Shown: positions 1 to 12,437 of the stretch, in pieces
How positions within the stretch are numbered: position 1 is the first letter of the stretch
Layout of the letters: every line of letters starts with the position of its first letter
NCBI GenBank assembly: GCA_964187785.1
Contig: OZ076409.1
Span: 17,920,001-17,984,000 of the forward strand
Direction of reading: 5' to 3'
Source of the DNA: Amphiscolops sp. MND2022
Lineage: Eukaryota
DNA: 64,000 bases
Made by a program: the position numbers and the translations under genes
The notes under the pieces: model-generated
The model's input: the letters and a program-made list of their open reading frames with translations, nothing else
What the model was told of the DNA's origin: nothing
The model's database searches: none

Positions 1-874
1 TATTTTGCAACAGAATGGATGTTCTGCTAACTACCAGCTGGCATTTTTTGTGCAGAGCAAATTCGAAGATTGTCGTAAAATTCAAAAGGGGACTTTTAAG
101 GATATAAAATAGTAATTATTTGGAACTGAAAACGTCTAATATTTTTGCGCGAAAATCCGTTAACAGTTTAAATAGATGACAGTGCCAAAATGGTACACTT
201 GAGACAAGTTTTTGGCCGTTTTATGGGGTATCTGCCGTTTTTTGGGTATGAGCTTCCACAGAGCTCCAAAACAAAACAAGTAAATTTTTAGCATACTCTT
301 GTAGGGAGGAATAATTTCCCGAAAGGGATAAAGTAAACCTAAAAGAGTCAAATATTTTCCCATTTTCTTCACTTTATTGACTATTTTACAAGTTCGAAGT
401 GTATTGGCTACGCTCGAGCCTTAAATGATGCTGTTGATGAAATTATTGGAGGCGGAAAATATCACGTTGCTCAGTGGGCGTCTGGGAATTACTAGAGTTA
501 TGCTATTTAAACTTGACTATTCTCAGTTTCAAAAAACTTTTCATTCTTTAGTCGATGCTCGATGCTGGTTTCAAAGGTTCACAACTAGAATAGCATTGTC
601 GTAAAAAAGTGATTGCGCCCGTTCATCCGATGAAACGTGACTCACGATTGATTGCAAGGTCTTCTCATGGGTGTTTCTTGGATAGTTTCCATGACAACTA
701 ACCAAATTTAGTTTGAAATCTTGGCTGGAGGTATTTCGAGTGCTAATGTGATGACTTTGTAATGCAAAAAAAAGCATGAACATTGAATTTCATTTCCAAT
801 ATAAGCAATATATTCACGGACATCTGTGCTTCCTTCTCAACACAAAGCCCGCAGAATTTTGACTTGTTACTTAC

Positions 875-1168
875 TTGTGCATTGTGTAACGGCGGTTCCA
901 GAGATGGTTGCCCAAGGTGTGGCGGCCCCAGCTGTTCTGTACTGAGCCACGATGGTATACGTGAATTCAGTTTGGCTTGCCAGACTCTGGTCATGAAAGA
1001 AGAGTTGTTCGCTGGTAACTGAAGCGGCATCTACTATGTCCGTAGTGTCCCTAGTGACAGTTATTTTCACACTGGGGTCAGCTGCCGTGTCATCTGCATC
1101 CACTCCATACTGCACTATTATAGAAGTTGGCCCAACTGCTTTTGCATTCAAAGTAGGTGCTTTGGGTG
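875..1168 (-). CDS. Internal coding exon encoding one FN3-like domain (host multi-FN3 gene)
   Basis: Minus-strand acceptor ttttAG|CA CCC at 1170/1168 and donor A|GTAAGT at 875/874. 294 nt, phase 1-1. Translation PKAPTLNAKAVGPTSIIVQY...LASQTEFTYTIVAQY fits the FN3 pattern. Confidence 0.85.
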
Positions 1169-1509
1169 CTAAAAACAAATGGAAGGCATATAAATTTCCG
1201 AAATAATCCTGAGCCGAATGTGAGTTAACACAATAATACTTCCGTTTCGCTACCTTACTTTTAAACGTATGCATGACTGATTTTCAGTTGATTCCACGAA
1301 GTGTCGAGAGTCAGCCAACATATGTTGTGCATGAGTTGAAATAAAATCTAGTGTTTCAATTTCCAAGAGGAGGTAAGGTGTATCTGGAATGATTGCGCAT
1401 CTTAATAGGAAAAATGTTGGAGAAAATAAAAATTGGGAAGGTCTGAAACAACACTTGAACGAAGAAAAAAATTTGAATTTATAAAATTATAGTAAAAAGT
1501 AATACCCAG

Positions 1510-1659
1510 TATAGGAAACGTCATAAATTTCATTCAATGAACCAACAGTCTGATCAATAGTTTGAACAAAAGTATGAAAACAAACGTGAAAAGTCAGGAA
1601 GTAAAGTTGAAAATAGTTTAGAGTTCATGTTGAGTCAATGTTGTGAATCATCATTGACA
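1510..1659 (-). repeat. 3' LTR of BEL/Pao element
   Basis: Direct repeat of 6371-6520 with 13 mismatches in 150 bp by manual count. Begins TGTCA on the minus strand. Confidence 0.9.
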
Positions 1660-1675
1660 TGCTCCAGCCCCCCAA
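1660..1675 (-). promoter_or_regulatory. Polypurine tract of BEL/Pao element
   Basis: Minus strand reads TTGGGGGGCTGGAGCA immediately before the TGT of the 3' LTR. Confidence 0.75.
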
Positions 1676-1751
1676 GCTGCAGGGAGAAGAGAGGAGAGGT
1701 GAGGGCGGACCGGGAAAATCTCTCCGAAAATGAGTCGTGGCGAAAGACCCG

Positions 1752-4357
1752 TCACAGGGCGAAAACGCGGGAAAGGGAGACGGCGGGTCGCTCGAAAGAT
1801 CCGTAAGCTGTCTTTCCAGAACACACTCGGGTCTGTCCATCTCGCCCAGGGAAAACAACTTCCACTCGCCCAATAGGCCAAATCCCACGAGGAGTGAAGT
1901 CTCGAAGCACCCACACTAGTTCTCCAACAGTGATTGGTGGTAGTTGAATGTCCCAATTGGACCGGTGGTGCAGAGTGGGAATGTATTCAGTTAGCAGTCT
2001 CTTCCAAATATGGTTGACAAGTTTTTGAGTTTCCTTCCCCGACTTCTGCGTGAGCTGATAACTGGAATCTTGGAAAACTCCAAGTGGCAGGTTTGTATAG
2101 GGTCTGTGGAGAAGAAAATGGTTGGGAGTCAGAGGTTCTTCGTTGTCAGGGTAGTCGGCAACATGGGTCAGAGGTCGTGAGTTGAGCATGAGTTCTGTTT
2201 TGGCAGGGATTGTGTGAAACAGTTCTAGAGTCAGTTTTCTGGAACCCAACATAAGGAGTAGAGTCCTGTTGGCCGTTTGGATAAGGCGTTCCCACGGAGT
2301 TGGCGAAGGATATGGTGTATCTGTGGATGGAAATCGGCATCTGGGTAATGGCGCCATCATTTCCGGCCCGAAAGCGGCGGCATCGGAAGCAACAATAACT
2401 GATGGCGCGCGGGCGGCACAGACGCCAAAAAAGAATTAACGTTGTTGCAGAAATGACTTGACGTATTCGGGACCGGCGTGGTGCCAGATTTCGTGAAAGT
2501 GTACCATGAGGGGGCGGTTTATTGCGTTCTGGGCATCTAGAACGACGGGCATACGGGTAGCTGCGGGTAACGGTGCTTCTTGTAGACGTTCGGAAGAGCG
2601 TATAACTTGGAGTTCGTCAATGAAAATTTGAGAGGAAGGAGTTTGTCTTTAGACGACAATGATTCCTTTTGAAGAAGTTTAACAAGAACGGCTGGAAAAG
2701 ACGCTAGTTGCGATTGACGGAGAAGTGTTGCTAGTTGAAAATCATTAGCGGGTAAGTTTGGCGTAGACGACGGATCTCGGAGACGGCGGATGAAGAAGTG
2801 GACGATTGCGGTTGTTTTGAGTAAACAACTCCAAGAAGAAAATCTTGAAATATGAACGAGGCCGGTTTGCGACAAGAGGACGCTTGCGGTGCAGGTTGAC
2901 TTATCGAGGTTTGTGGGTACTCTTGAGGGCCAATCTTTTACAGGCTTCAAATGAAAATCGGGTCCTTTTGTCCATTTGGAGGAAATGTCTGATGGTTTCA
3001 AATCACGAGTGCCGTGATCAGCGGGTTTCTATTTGGTTGGAACGTAGTTCCACTGCTTCGGATTTGTGTGTTGAGCGATTTCGTTCACTCGGTGAGCAAC
3101 GAATATTTTAAGTTTTTTTGGGTTCTGGATCCAATCCAGAGCAACGCAACTATCGGTCCAAAAAAAACTTGGCGAAAACTACATTCGAAAGCGTTTAGAA
3201 CGGTGCGGAGTAAACGGACTCCTAAAACAGCGGCTTCGGGTTCCAGTTTTGGAACGCTGCGTTGCTTGGTGGCAGCGACACAGCTCTTGGCAAGAACGAA
3301 AACGAGACGAGCGGGAGTGTTGTCAGACGGCGTTTGACGTGCGTATATAACGGCGGAGAATGCGGAGCTGGAATCGTCGGTGAAAATGTGAATTTCTGCA
3401 GAGGTGAGCAGAGGCGATATTTGACGCGGTACGGCAATGTCAGGCATGGTGGCGTATTGCATGGCAACTTTGTTGATGCGAGGTTGGAGATCGTCAGGAA
3501 CGGGCTGGTCCCATGTTTATCTCCGCTTCAAGAGGTTCTGAAGAATGACTTTGAGTTGTCTCACGAAAAGAGCGAGTAGGATAGGATTGAAAGAGCGAGT
3601 AGGATAGGATTGCCAATAGGATCGAAAGTGGAGGAAACCATGGAGGAACCCTCTGTGTTGGAGAACAGTGCGTAGATTCGAGGCAGGGCGGCAATCGTCT
3701 TCAGCGGTGGCAAACGACATAATGAAGTCATCCATGTAAAAGTTGTTTAAAACTGTTTCATAAACGTCGGGAAAGCTGTCAGACAGGTCGGCAGCGCAAC
3801 GGTAGAGAACAAAAATGATGCAGCAGGGCGAACACGTGGCGCCAAATATGAGGCGAGCATATTGATAGTGGCGAACGATACCATCTTCTAACCAGAGGAT
3901 GCGTAGCGCAGACTGGTCTTCTTCACGGATAGCAACTTGCATAATTGACGGGATGTTTGCGGAAACGGAGAATGATTTCGAGCAAATTAGCAAACAGGTC
4001 GGGACCGGTTAGAAGAGCGTTATTGAGTGAGACGCTCTTGAACTTCGAGGCTGCGTTGGCTTCACGGCGGACTGTTCCTGGTTTATTTGGTTTCTCGACG
4101 GGATGCGTGCGGAGGTACCAATTTCGCGGGGGCGGCGGGTGTTTCATTTTGACTTGCCTCGCATAACCTTCTTTTTCAAGATCCTTCTGCAAGGTTTCGT
4201 CGAATATGAGTTTCTTCTGTGGGTGTCCTTGGAGGCGTTTTTCGAGACTGGGGAGTTGACTTAATGCGGCGAAATAATTGTTCGGGAGCTGCGTGTCGCG
4301 TTTCAAAGGAAGTCCTATTTCGTACCTTCCGCCATTGTGGTTGATGAACAGTGTCAC
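1752..4357 (-). pseudogene. BEL/Pao pol remnant (RT, RNase H, integrase with C-terminal extension), frameshifted
   Basis: RT: SLNNALLTGPDL, IFGATCSP, NFYMDD. RNase H: IHIFTDDSSSAFSAVIYAR, VPKLE. Integrase C-terminus: LNSRPL, LTPNHFL, WPIGRVEVVFPGRDG. Split across several frames. Confidence 0.9.
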
Positions 4358-4399
4358 AACAAGGATGTAACATTGGCGGACACTCGGTTGCTGGGTTAG

Positions 4400-5484
4400 G
4401 AATGGTCCATGTTATCCATTCGGTGTTGGTGGCAAAGTGAATGTCAGAGTGAGCGGCAATGGGTTGCGATACAGGCATAAAAGTCGGGTGATTGGACGAC
4501 TATCAAACTTGTGATAGCGTATCAGCTCGAGGCGGAACTGATGAAGGTGGAAAATGTTGACGATTGGCACTTTGCAGATGGGGTAACGGAAAGTGGTGAT
4601 TGACCACCTGAGATGATGGATGGACGCTGTTTCTCAAAACAGTGTCAAAAGATGGTAGATGATAGTTGGTGGTGTAGGCTACTCGGCTGGTCGCAGTTGT
4701 TGAGGGTGACGGGTGTGGCAAATGACAGGCTGTGGTTTCTCTTGGTGAGGGGGAGTGACGACTGAGTTGTCCAACTGCGGTGGTTGTTGCTGGCTAGGGA
4801 GAGTGACGACTGAGTTGTCCAACTGCGGTTCACAGATCTGTGAAGAATGGGTTCAGATGCGATGTCCTGATGTTCTGGATCGAACTCGGTTTTTCTCTGT
4901 ATGTCGTCGGTGTAGGAAGAGATCTGATTAACAGTTGGAGAAACATGAGATTTATCCAAACTTTCGAAGTAGCGGGAGCTGTGTCATATCCATGATATGC
5001 GTGGTAAGTTCTGGTTGTGATGGAGCGCGAGTTACAGGTTGCTCGGAGTTGATAAGCTGCGGCAGGAGTGTCGTGTTGTTGGGTGCGGTTGCAAAATCTT
5101 GCTGCTCATGTGGGGCTGGAATGGTGGGTGCTGAAGGTAAATCTTCACATGGGCGCTCGAAGGGAGCACAAGTTGATGAAGAGCGACTTAGACCGCTCTG
5201 AGTTAGAATATCGATTTTGTCAGCATAATGTAAAAGAATTAAAGACAAGTCGCTGACTTTTGCATAAAGGGCTCCAAATTATCGAGCGTCATGAAGACTG
5301 ACATTTGTTCGGAGATATCTTCAAGTTTCGCGGCGACAATTTGCAACTTCGCAAGAATTTCACGCAGGCGCTGGATGTTGTTGTCAGAGGTCAACTTCGT
5401 TGCAAGGTAGTTTGAAGTATTCTCAAACTTGCACTCGTGCAGTCGAAAGTTGTTTTTGAGAGTTTCGATCTTCGGGTTCACCAT
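4400..5484 (-). pseudogene. BEL/Pao gag N-terminal remnant (rest of gag and protease apparently deleted)
   Basis: ATG at 5484 with a helical N-terminus, followed by broken P/S/T-rich frames that run directly into the pre-RT region. No protease motif seen. Confidence 0.55.
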
Positions 5485-6370
5485 CGTTGATTGTAGTAGA
5501 AGTAAAACAGCTTACGGAAAGAGAACCGCTGCTAACCGGTAAAAAAAGAAACTTAAGGTTAGCAAAATCAAGGTTTTTGATTCTGTTCCGCATTGAACTT
5601 TCAAACGAGCGACGGTTTGGGTCTGCAAGGGCACCGTACGAAACGAACGATCTGTTACGTAGCGTTGCTGAACTTTAGTTGAAGAAACTGGACGGGACTG
5701 GACGCTACTTCAGAAAAGTCTTAAAATCGAATGCGGAGAAAAAGTTTGACGAAAGCGACTAAGGTGTTTTGAGACCTCTAATCAGAGGTGTGGGTTCGGA
5801 GAATTTTTTTGCTACTTTTCTCACTCTAATTTTTCGTTCTCTAATCAGACAAGGTTAACAAAAGGCGTTTTACACTTGTGTCACCCTAATGTTTTAAGGA
5901 AAAAACTATTCAAAAAACACTCCGTACTCACTGCTCACAGCAGCTAGGTCAGGGCTGAAATAGTTTTCGTGTATGGAGACTTTGAAGAGGCTAACTAGGT
6001 TGTAGTACACACTGGAGAGTCACTGGAGAGTACACACTAGGGACTGTCAATTCCGTTGTCGTTCTTCCAAAAAAGAGCTTTTCCGTTTGTTGAAGAACCA
6101 GTTTTGTCCTTTGATTGAAGCGAGAACCAATTTTGCTGCTTGAGGGAAGCAAGAAAAATTTTCAAAAAAGGTTATTTTTTGAGTGGGAAGCAAAATCCTT
6201 GTAGTGGAGATGAATTGTGGGCGCTGAGAACCACGAAAAATTGGAATGGACTAACCAAGTTTTCCAGAGAGTTCGGAAAGGAAACCCAAAAAATAACTTC
6301 TTCTTAGGTTGTATCAGAATTTCATCGAAAAGGCTGGCTTTGAAAGTCAAGTTGAAAGAGCGTTAAAACG

Positions 6371-6520
6371 TATAGGAAACGTCTTGTATTTCGTTCATTG
6401 AACCACCAGTTTGATCAATAGTTTGAAAAAAAGTATGAAAACAAACGTGAATAGTCAGGAAGTAAAGTTGAAAATAGTTTAGAGTTCATGTTGAGTCATA
6501 ATTGTGAATCATCTTTGACA
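6371..6520 (-). repeat. 5' LTR of BEL/Pao element
   Basis: Direct repeat of 1510-1659, flanked by the TSD copy CCCAG at 6521-6525. Confidence 0.9.
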
Positions 6521-6797
6521 CCCAGTCTTAGTAATCATATACGTCGCCATGATGATGATTAGAAATATTAGGTTAGCTAACAATTGTCTTCGCTAATTTA
6601 GACTGTTGGTGATTTTCGAAATATGTCACCCAAAACCTCCAGAACCGCTTTTAACAACAAATATTTGAAACAAACTTTGTTCCTTTGACCTCAAACGTTT
6701 GAATTTAAACTTTTTCTGGAAACACCTTCTTTAAAATTACTACAAAAAAGATTGAAGGTTTTTCTTCTGACCAGTAATTTCTGAGATTTTGCTTTAT

Positions 6798-7220
6798 TGA
6801 GCTGTTGAAAAGTTGTAGTGTTGGTTCTTTTAGATATTTTATTACAGACATAAGAAGTCTGAGATTTAACAGCGAAGTCGTCTTCATTTCAAGTCAGTTT
6901 AGCTAGCTAGTCTTGAGTCTAAGTTCTCTGAGATCTCAGTTAGTTCCTTTGGAGAGGAAGACCGTTTGGTGGATTAGATTCTAATTTTGCTCCGAGTGGA
7001 TATATTCTATCAAACTAGGGTAGGTTTGATTCATTTACATTATTAAGAAATGACAGTAAAACAGGATGGATCTGAGAAGCTTGTTACAGGATATATTAGG
7101 TGAAGTTTCTCCAAAGATATTTAATTTTCAAATAGAATTACATCTACTAATTACTTGGGTTAGGAGTTCAGACTATTTCAGATTTATAGAATCTTTGAGG
7201 ACATGCATCATGGCATCACA
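6798..7220 (-). repeat. 3' LTR of giant gypsy copy 1
   Basis: Minus strand runs TGTGATGCC...ACAGCTCA and matches 25705-26125. Boundaries confirmed by the independent LTR at 48021-48433. Confidence 0.9.
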
Positions 7221-8610
7221 TTATAAAGTTCGAAAAAATTCTAAAAATCCTCGTAATACAAGGTGCTATACCTTGATTCGATATAATTTCCAGGTATTTG
7301 CAAACTGAGCACGAGACCATGAAAATAGAAAGACATTCAAACTTTTATTTTCCATTGCCCTTTTCTCAATGCAATGATTATCACTTGAATTCTGAGAGCA
7401 AGAAACCTAGTTGAAAAGGTAAGGAGAAATGAGATTGATGACGTAAAATTGGAATTAATTCTTATTCTTCAAGTAACAAGCCAGCTTGATCTAGGATTTT
7501 TGAAAAAAACAATTGTGACCTGAGCTGTTTAAGGGGACTTACAAGATTCGATTGCTTGTAAACAAAAGTAAAGTGGTTCTTTATCGAATTTACATATACG
7601 TGTCTGGCAATTGTGATCTGAGCTGTTTAAGGGGACTTACAAGATTCAATTGCTTGTAAACAAAAGTGAAGTGGTTCTTTATCGAATTTACATATACGTG
7701 TCTGGCAATTAGTTCATGTATTTTTGCACATTGGTATCCAAAATGGCAGATTGAAACGAAATTCCATCTTTTTTTCGTCAATGCCGAAAGCTGAAATTAG
7801 GTGAAAAAGTTTTTTTTCTAGATAACCCGCATTTTCTATCTTTGCATACGTTATGTCAGTTACTATATTATTTTGTAAATAAATGAATCTGTAATTTCGT
7901 GTCCCTCAAAAAAGTAGCTGCCTTAGCCAAGGCATAAACAAGTCGGCGGGGCGCTAGAAAAACAGGTGTTATCGGAATGCAGCATTGTTCTTTCGGTACC
8001 CTGGTTGAAACTGCTTGAACTTTTTACAAGTTTTTGTAGGTTACCAAGTTAATTTTTCATGATTTTACTAAATTCTCAAGGAAACTTCCTTGAATTAAAT
8101 CTTCACTGACTCAATTAAATTTTATCAAGCTGCCTATGAGATCTTTACGAAAATTAGCGGCAAATCCGAGTCGCGAAGATTTACAGGTTTCAATTAGACG
8201 CCGTTCTAAGTTTGAAAGCAGCTGGGACTTTCGTCAATTTTACTGCAATTTCAATCCAAGTAAACTTCAGTTGCATTAAAAGTTGTAAGGTAGCGTCATA
8301 TTTAGCGTGCTTTTTTACTAACGGTGATTACATAAGATACTTACTTTGAGAAAATTACGCGTAAAAACAAAGTGATCGCGGCAGTGAAGAAGTGGAAAAG
8401 TTTTCAGTTTGAATTAAAATAGTGAAAGCTTTCATTGTAATCCTGAAAAAATTCTCATGAGTGCTTTCAGTATTTTTTATATTTATCAAAAATTTAGATG
8501 CATGGATGCAACATGGCAAACTAACCGGCAGGATCGACCAGTGTAGCCTTTCGTTTGACAATTGCTAATTTAGTCGTCCATTTAGATTTGAGTTCAACTT
8601 TATAATAGTT
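7221..8610. repeat. Direct duplicate of the element's 5' host flank (26126-27423), including the left arm of a TIR element
   Basis: Near-identical to 26126-27423 and absent from copy 2 of the element. About 7998-8500 matches the left TIR arm at 26808-27300. Confidence 0.88.
7511..7710. repeat. 98-bp tandem duplication (2 units)
   Basis: aattgtga...tgtctggc begins at 7511 and again at 7609. The paralogous segment near 26419-26520 has a single unit. Confidence 0.9.
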
Positions 8611-9952
8611 ATATTTATATTACATATATGCACTTTGGGTTTGAGGAGTTCTAAAGTCTGTGTTTCAGATGTTATATGCATGGGTTTGTTTCATATGTGT
8701 TATGCATGAATTGCATGAGTTTCGTTCTGAACTGTACCATACTTAAGGAGTTAGAACCACCTTAATCGATTTGACTTCTTACGTCATAGATGATTCAATT
8801 GGTGCGAAGAAGTTCAATTTCTTTCAGTTACTTTGACTGACAGTTTTGTTCAAGTTATTATTGACAACATGTTTACTATTTTATGTTCTTTTTTCGTATC
8901 GGCCATCGGCTTGTTTGAAAAAGAAATTCATCAACATGAGTTAGTTAACATTGAAAATGTTTCAAGTTGAAGAATTAAAGCGTGATGTTGTCAATGAGTT
9001 GTGAACCAAGATTGGCGGGTATGTGAACCAAAAGTGAAGTTTTGAAAAAGTCAAGGTTCTAGTGAGAGTTCATTTTCAACGAAAGTGACGAGTTGAGCAG
9101 AAGCAAAGCTTTGGAAGCAAAAATCTTTGCTTTGAATAAATGCAAGTTTCAAACGTTAAAAAGTTAAAGAATTTTTAAAAGTTTTTGAAGAACTTTGTTG
9201 AAAATTTTGTGGTTAAATATGGGGAAGTGAAACAAAAGTGTTAAGAGCTTGTTTTGTAAAAAAATTTGTTCGAAAATCTTAGAAAACTTTTGTACTATAG
9301 GAAGGATTTGTGTACTATAAAAGATGGGGATGGGAGATATATTGAGTAAATGTATCGTACACAGAACAATAAAAGTAGATAATTTTGCGGTTACAGAGCA
9401 ATTATAGATTTAATTGGAGGGGGTTGAAAAGAGGTTACAATGGTGATTATTGTGGCATTGTACAGATAATTATACGATTAAATAAGAGTACACAAAATTA
9501 GAATCAAATTATGTAGGTTATAAGATTATACTGAATATTAGAGTAGATTACAGTTTGAAATTATACGCGATATAATAGTTTAAAATTTGTAGTTTAAAAT
9601 TTGCTTGCAACGAGTGAAGTTGAGTTCAGTTCATTTCTGCATTCTGCGGGTGGAAAGACCAGTCAAGTGAAGAAGAGGGTCGGCGTTGCAGTGGCGGCTG
9701 TGAAGAAAGACCAGTAAAGATGACAGAGGAAAAAGCAGGTCGACGAAGTTGAAGTTGAACAACCAGTAATGACGATGGATGATGTTGACCATCTGGAAAG
9801 AGTGCACCAGGCAGTGAGAAGTGTCAGCGTTGTAGGAGAAGTTCTTTGGAGGAGTGATCACAGCAACTACATCTCGGAGCATCATCGAAGAAAGATGAAG
9901 AAGTGAAGAAGAGATGTACTTGAAGAGGTATGTAGGTGAGTGAAGGTGTTGA

Positions 9953-12130
9953 TTATTGAATAGTGGATTTTGCGGCGGAGGGTGAGCCTGATGGGTATAC
10001 GAATTGTAAGGTTCTAGAGTTTGCGTATAACCAAAGTCCTGAAGAGTGTTGTGAGTCCTGAAAAGATGAGTTTAGGACGAAAACTACATTTGATGCAGTT
10101 TCGCAAATGGCAATTTTTGGTCCATCTAAATGGATGCGAGAGTATTGCTCGAAGGTGACTTTTTTCTTCTTTATTTTGGAGATGTTGTATAAGACCTTTA
10201 AAAAGGCGATGAGAGACTTTTGGGTGATCTTGTTTTTATTGATCTCTAGAGAGAGCTTAAATGCCATGGTGTGGAAGATGGCGGCTTTGAGACTGTGTAC
10301 TTTTGAGAGATTGGCTGCAACAGTAACCACATCTTCTCTTTTCAGAATTGTCGGGGGCCAGCATTGTGATTGAATTCGTGGGACGAAAGAGAAGTAGAAA
10401 TGTTCTGGAAGAATGTGGACGGAGGATGAAGAAGAATAGATGTTTCTAAAACAAAGAAGTATGAGAAATTTTGACAACAACGAATGAAGAGGTGTACAAC
10501 AAAAAGTGGTGCTAAAATGTATCATATTGTTGTTGCTAGTATGTAATGTGTTTTTAAGATGTAACATAGGCAAACAATTGTGAACATTTTCATGTACTGT
10601 AGGAGAGGAGAATATGTACTTTAAAAGTAAAAAATTCCTGAGAATCCTTTCAGAAAAACGAAAGAAAGTATTACTTTTAGGAAGTTCCGAAAATGTACCA
10701 TAGAGTTCCTTTTATGTAGTTCGAAAGATGTGCTATAGAGCGTACCAGAGAAGAAAATTCAAGAAATTTGTATTACCTGTAGAAGAGTTTAATGAAAGTT
10801 AGTTGAGTTAAGAAGAGTAGTTATGGATTCCAAAGCAGATTGAATTGCTTGGGATGATTGAGTCATACGTTGAGAGTCTAGATCAAGTGTCTGTAAGAGT
10901 TTGTGTGTTCTGTCATAGCAGTGTAGTATGTGTGTAAGCGTGGTGAGAGGTGTGTCAGAAGTATTTGGTTTATATGGGTCCTACAGATTTGTTATGTCAC
11001 GAATTTTTCGATTGTTCAAGACAGAGGAAAGTTTGTCAGGAGTGTTTTTTTGGCGAAGAGTGTGATTTGTGTTCTGTTTTTTGTTCTGCTTGTACCATAA
11101 ACGAAATGGTATTTGCTGCAATGAAAAGAAGTTCATTTTAGGAGTTAGTTTGTTTGTATTGAGCTGTATAGTAGATTTTGTCTTTATCGTCGAGTCGAGA
11201 AGATACGAGATGTTTTATAACAATGAGAGGTTTCACAATTTGAGTAGGAATGTTGCAAGGCAACAAAAAGTCATCGAAATGTATAAGGTATTCTTGAGGT
11301 ACAATAAGTGGACGTGAGGTATTATTGTACGGAAGCAAACAGAAGTATCGTTTGATAGGGTCGTAGTTCCGAAGATATCCAGTTATACAGGAGTGATCAA
11401 GAGTGTACAAGTTTGTCATTGTAAATGGTGATGTCTATTTGTAATTGACGAAAATGTAATTTTTTGTTCTGTGTGCTGTAGAAATTTAGTGTATGTTTGA
11501 TGATGAGTAGCTTTTTGAGATACAGAGAGAAAGGACGGATCAGATTTGTCTGTTTTTAAATCGTATATAAATGGGCGAAGAATGTTGAATTGCAGAGAAA
11601 AGATTTTGACTCCATTGTCAAGCCAATAATGGTATGGACCCATTTTTTTGAATCTCTTGATGTAAAAAAAGTCTTGATTTTTGTTATATAAGCGAAATGA
11701 GTAGTCTGTAGGACGCGTGTAGAGGAGAAGTTAATTGTGCTTTGAAGATGAAATCATCATGAGAAAGAAGTGGGATCAAATGATCTTCACGAGTTGTAGA
11801 AAGAGAAGGCTTGGAAGATATGAAAGGAGGATAGATTGGCGAAGAAAGAAAGACAGGACCTTTCAAAATTTCATATCGTTTTTTTCGGAGGAGGTGGTGT
11901 TGCGTGTGTATGATCAGTATCATTAAGCGGAGTAGGAACTTTCGAAGTATCGTGTTCTATTTTATCTTGTTCCATTTGTTTCAAAGAATTGTAGGTGTTG
12001 GTTCAGAAGTGTCAATATATAAAACAGGGGAGTCATTTAGAAGAGGTCTTGTTGTGAGATCTGCTGTAGACTGTTCAAGTTGATTTTGGAGATCAATTTG
12101 ATTTTGTAAGTCAATTTGTGCTTGTGTCAT
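9953..12130 (-). pseudogene. Large orphan ORF (or ORF cluster) downstream of env, sense to the element, disrupted
   Basis: ATG at 12130 (MTQAQIDLQNQ...). Abutting minus-strand ORF fragments 11684-11923, 11416-11643, 11138-11419 and 9953-10573 can be linked by single stops or frameshifts. No recognisable motif. Confidence 0.55.
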
Positions 12131-12437
12131 TTTTGTTTGTGATTAAAACATCAACAATTACAGTGATATCTATTCCAAGAGGCCTTAGCACTTTAAAGTA
12201 CTGTAAAATACACTAATACTGTAAAAAACACTAACGAATTGATTTGTCATTTTTAGAAGGAGAGTGTTTGAGAACTGTGATGCTTAGAGGCGTACTATTG
12301 ATTTGAGGAATATGAACCTCGACAAGAGATTCGAGAGAAGGAGGAGTAGCAATTGTTAGGAAATTTTTCAGAGATGAGAGTTTGAAGGAGTAGAGAAGCG
12401 TTCCTGAAGAGAGTTGGCAAGCAGACTGAGAGGGAGT

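Larger units (their letters stand above)
1510..6520 (-). mobile_element. Degenerate, internally deleted BEL/Pao LTR retrotransposon
   Basis: Paired 150-bp LTRs and a 5-bp TSD CCCAG (1505-1509, 6521-6525). RT-RNaseH-integrase order with BEL-type motifs. PPT next to the 3' LTR. Confidence 0.92.

Noticed and set aside
7066..7308. Recurrent ORFs (7066, 25971, 47906; also 36651/43880 and 37140/44369) as conserved genes
   Set aside because: They recur only because they lie in LTRs or duplicated DNA. They cross LTR boundaries or differ in length and show no protein motif.
6798..8610. Reading the whole 1.8-kb direct repeat as the LTR
   Set aside because: Copy 2 shares only the approximately 420-bp TG...CA part, the TSD sits at that boundary, and the remainder is half of a host TIR element.
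9631..9885. Additional small ORF at the 3' end of the giant element
   Set aside because: Several frames on both strands are partly open and there is no second copy in the window to test conservation.
10950..11141. Plus-strand Cys-rich ORF resembling a zinc finger
   Set aside because: TGT codons are the expected shadow of the ACA-rich minus-strand frame, which is longer and continuous with neighbouring fragments.
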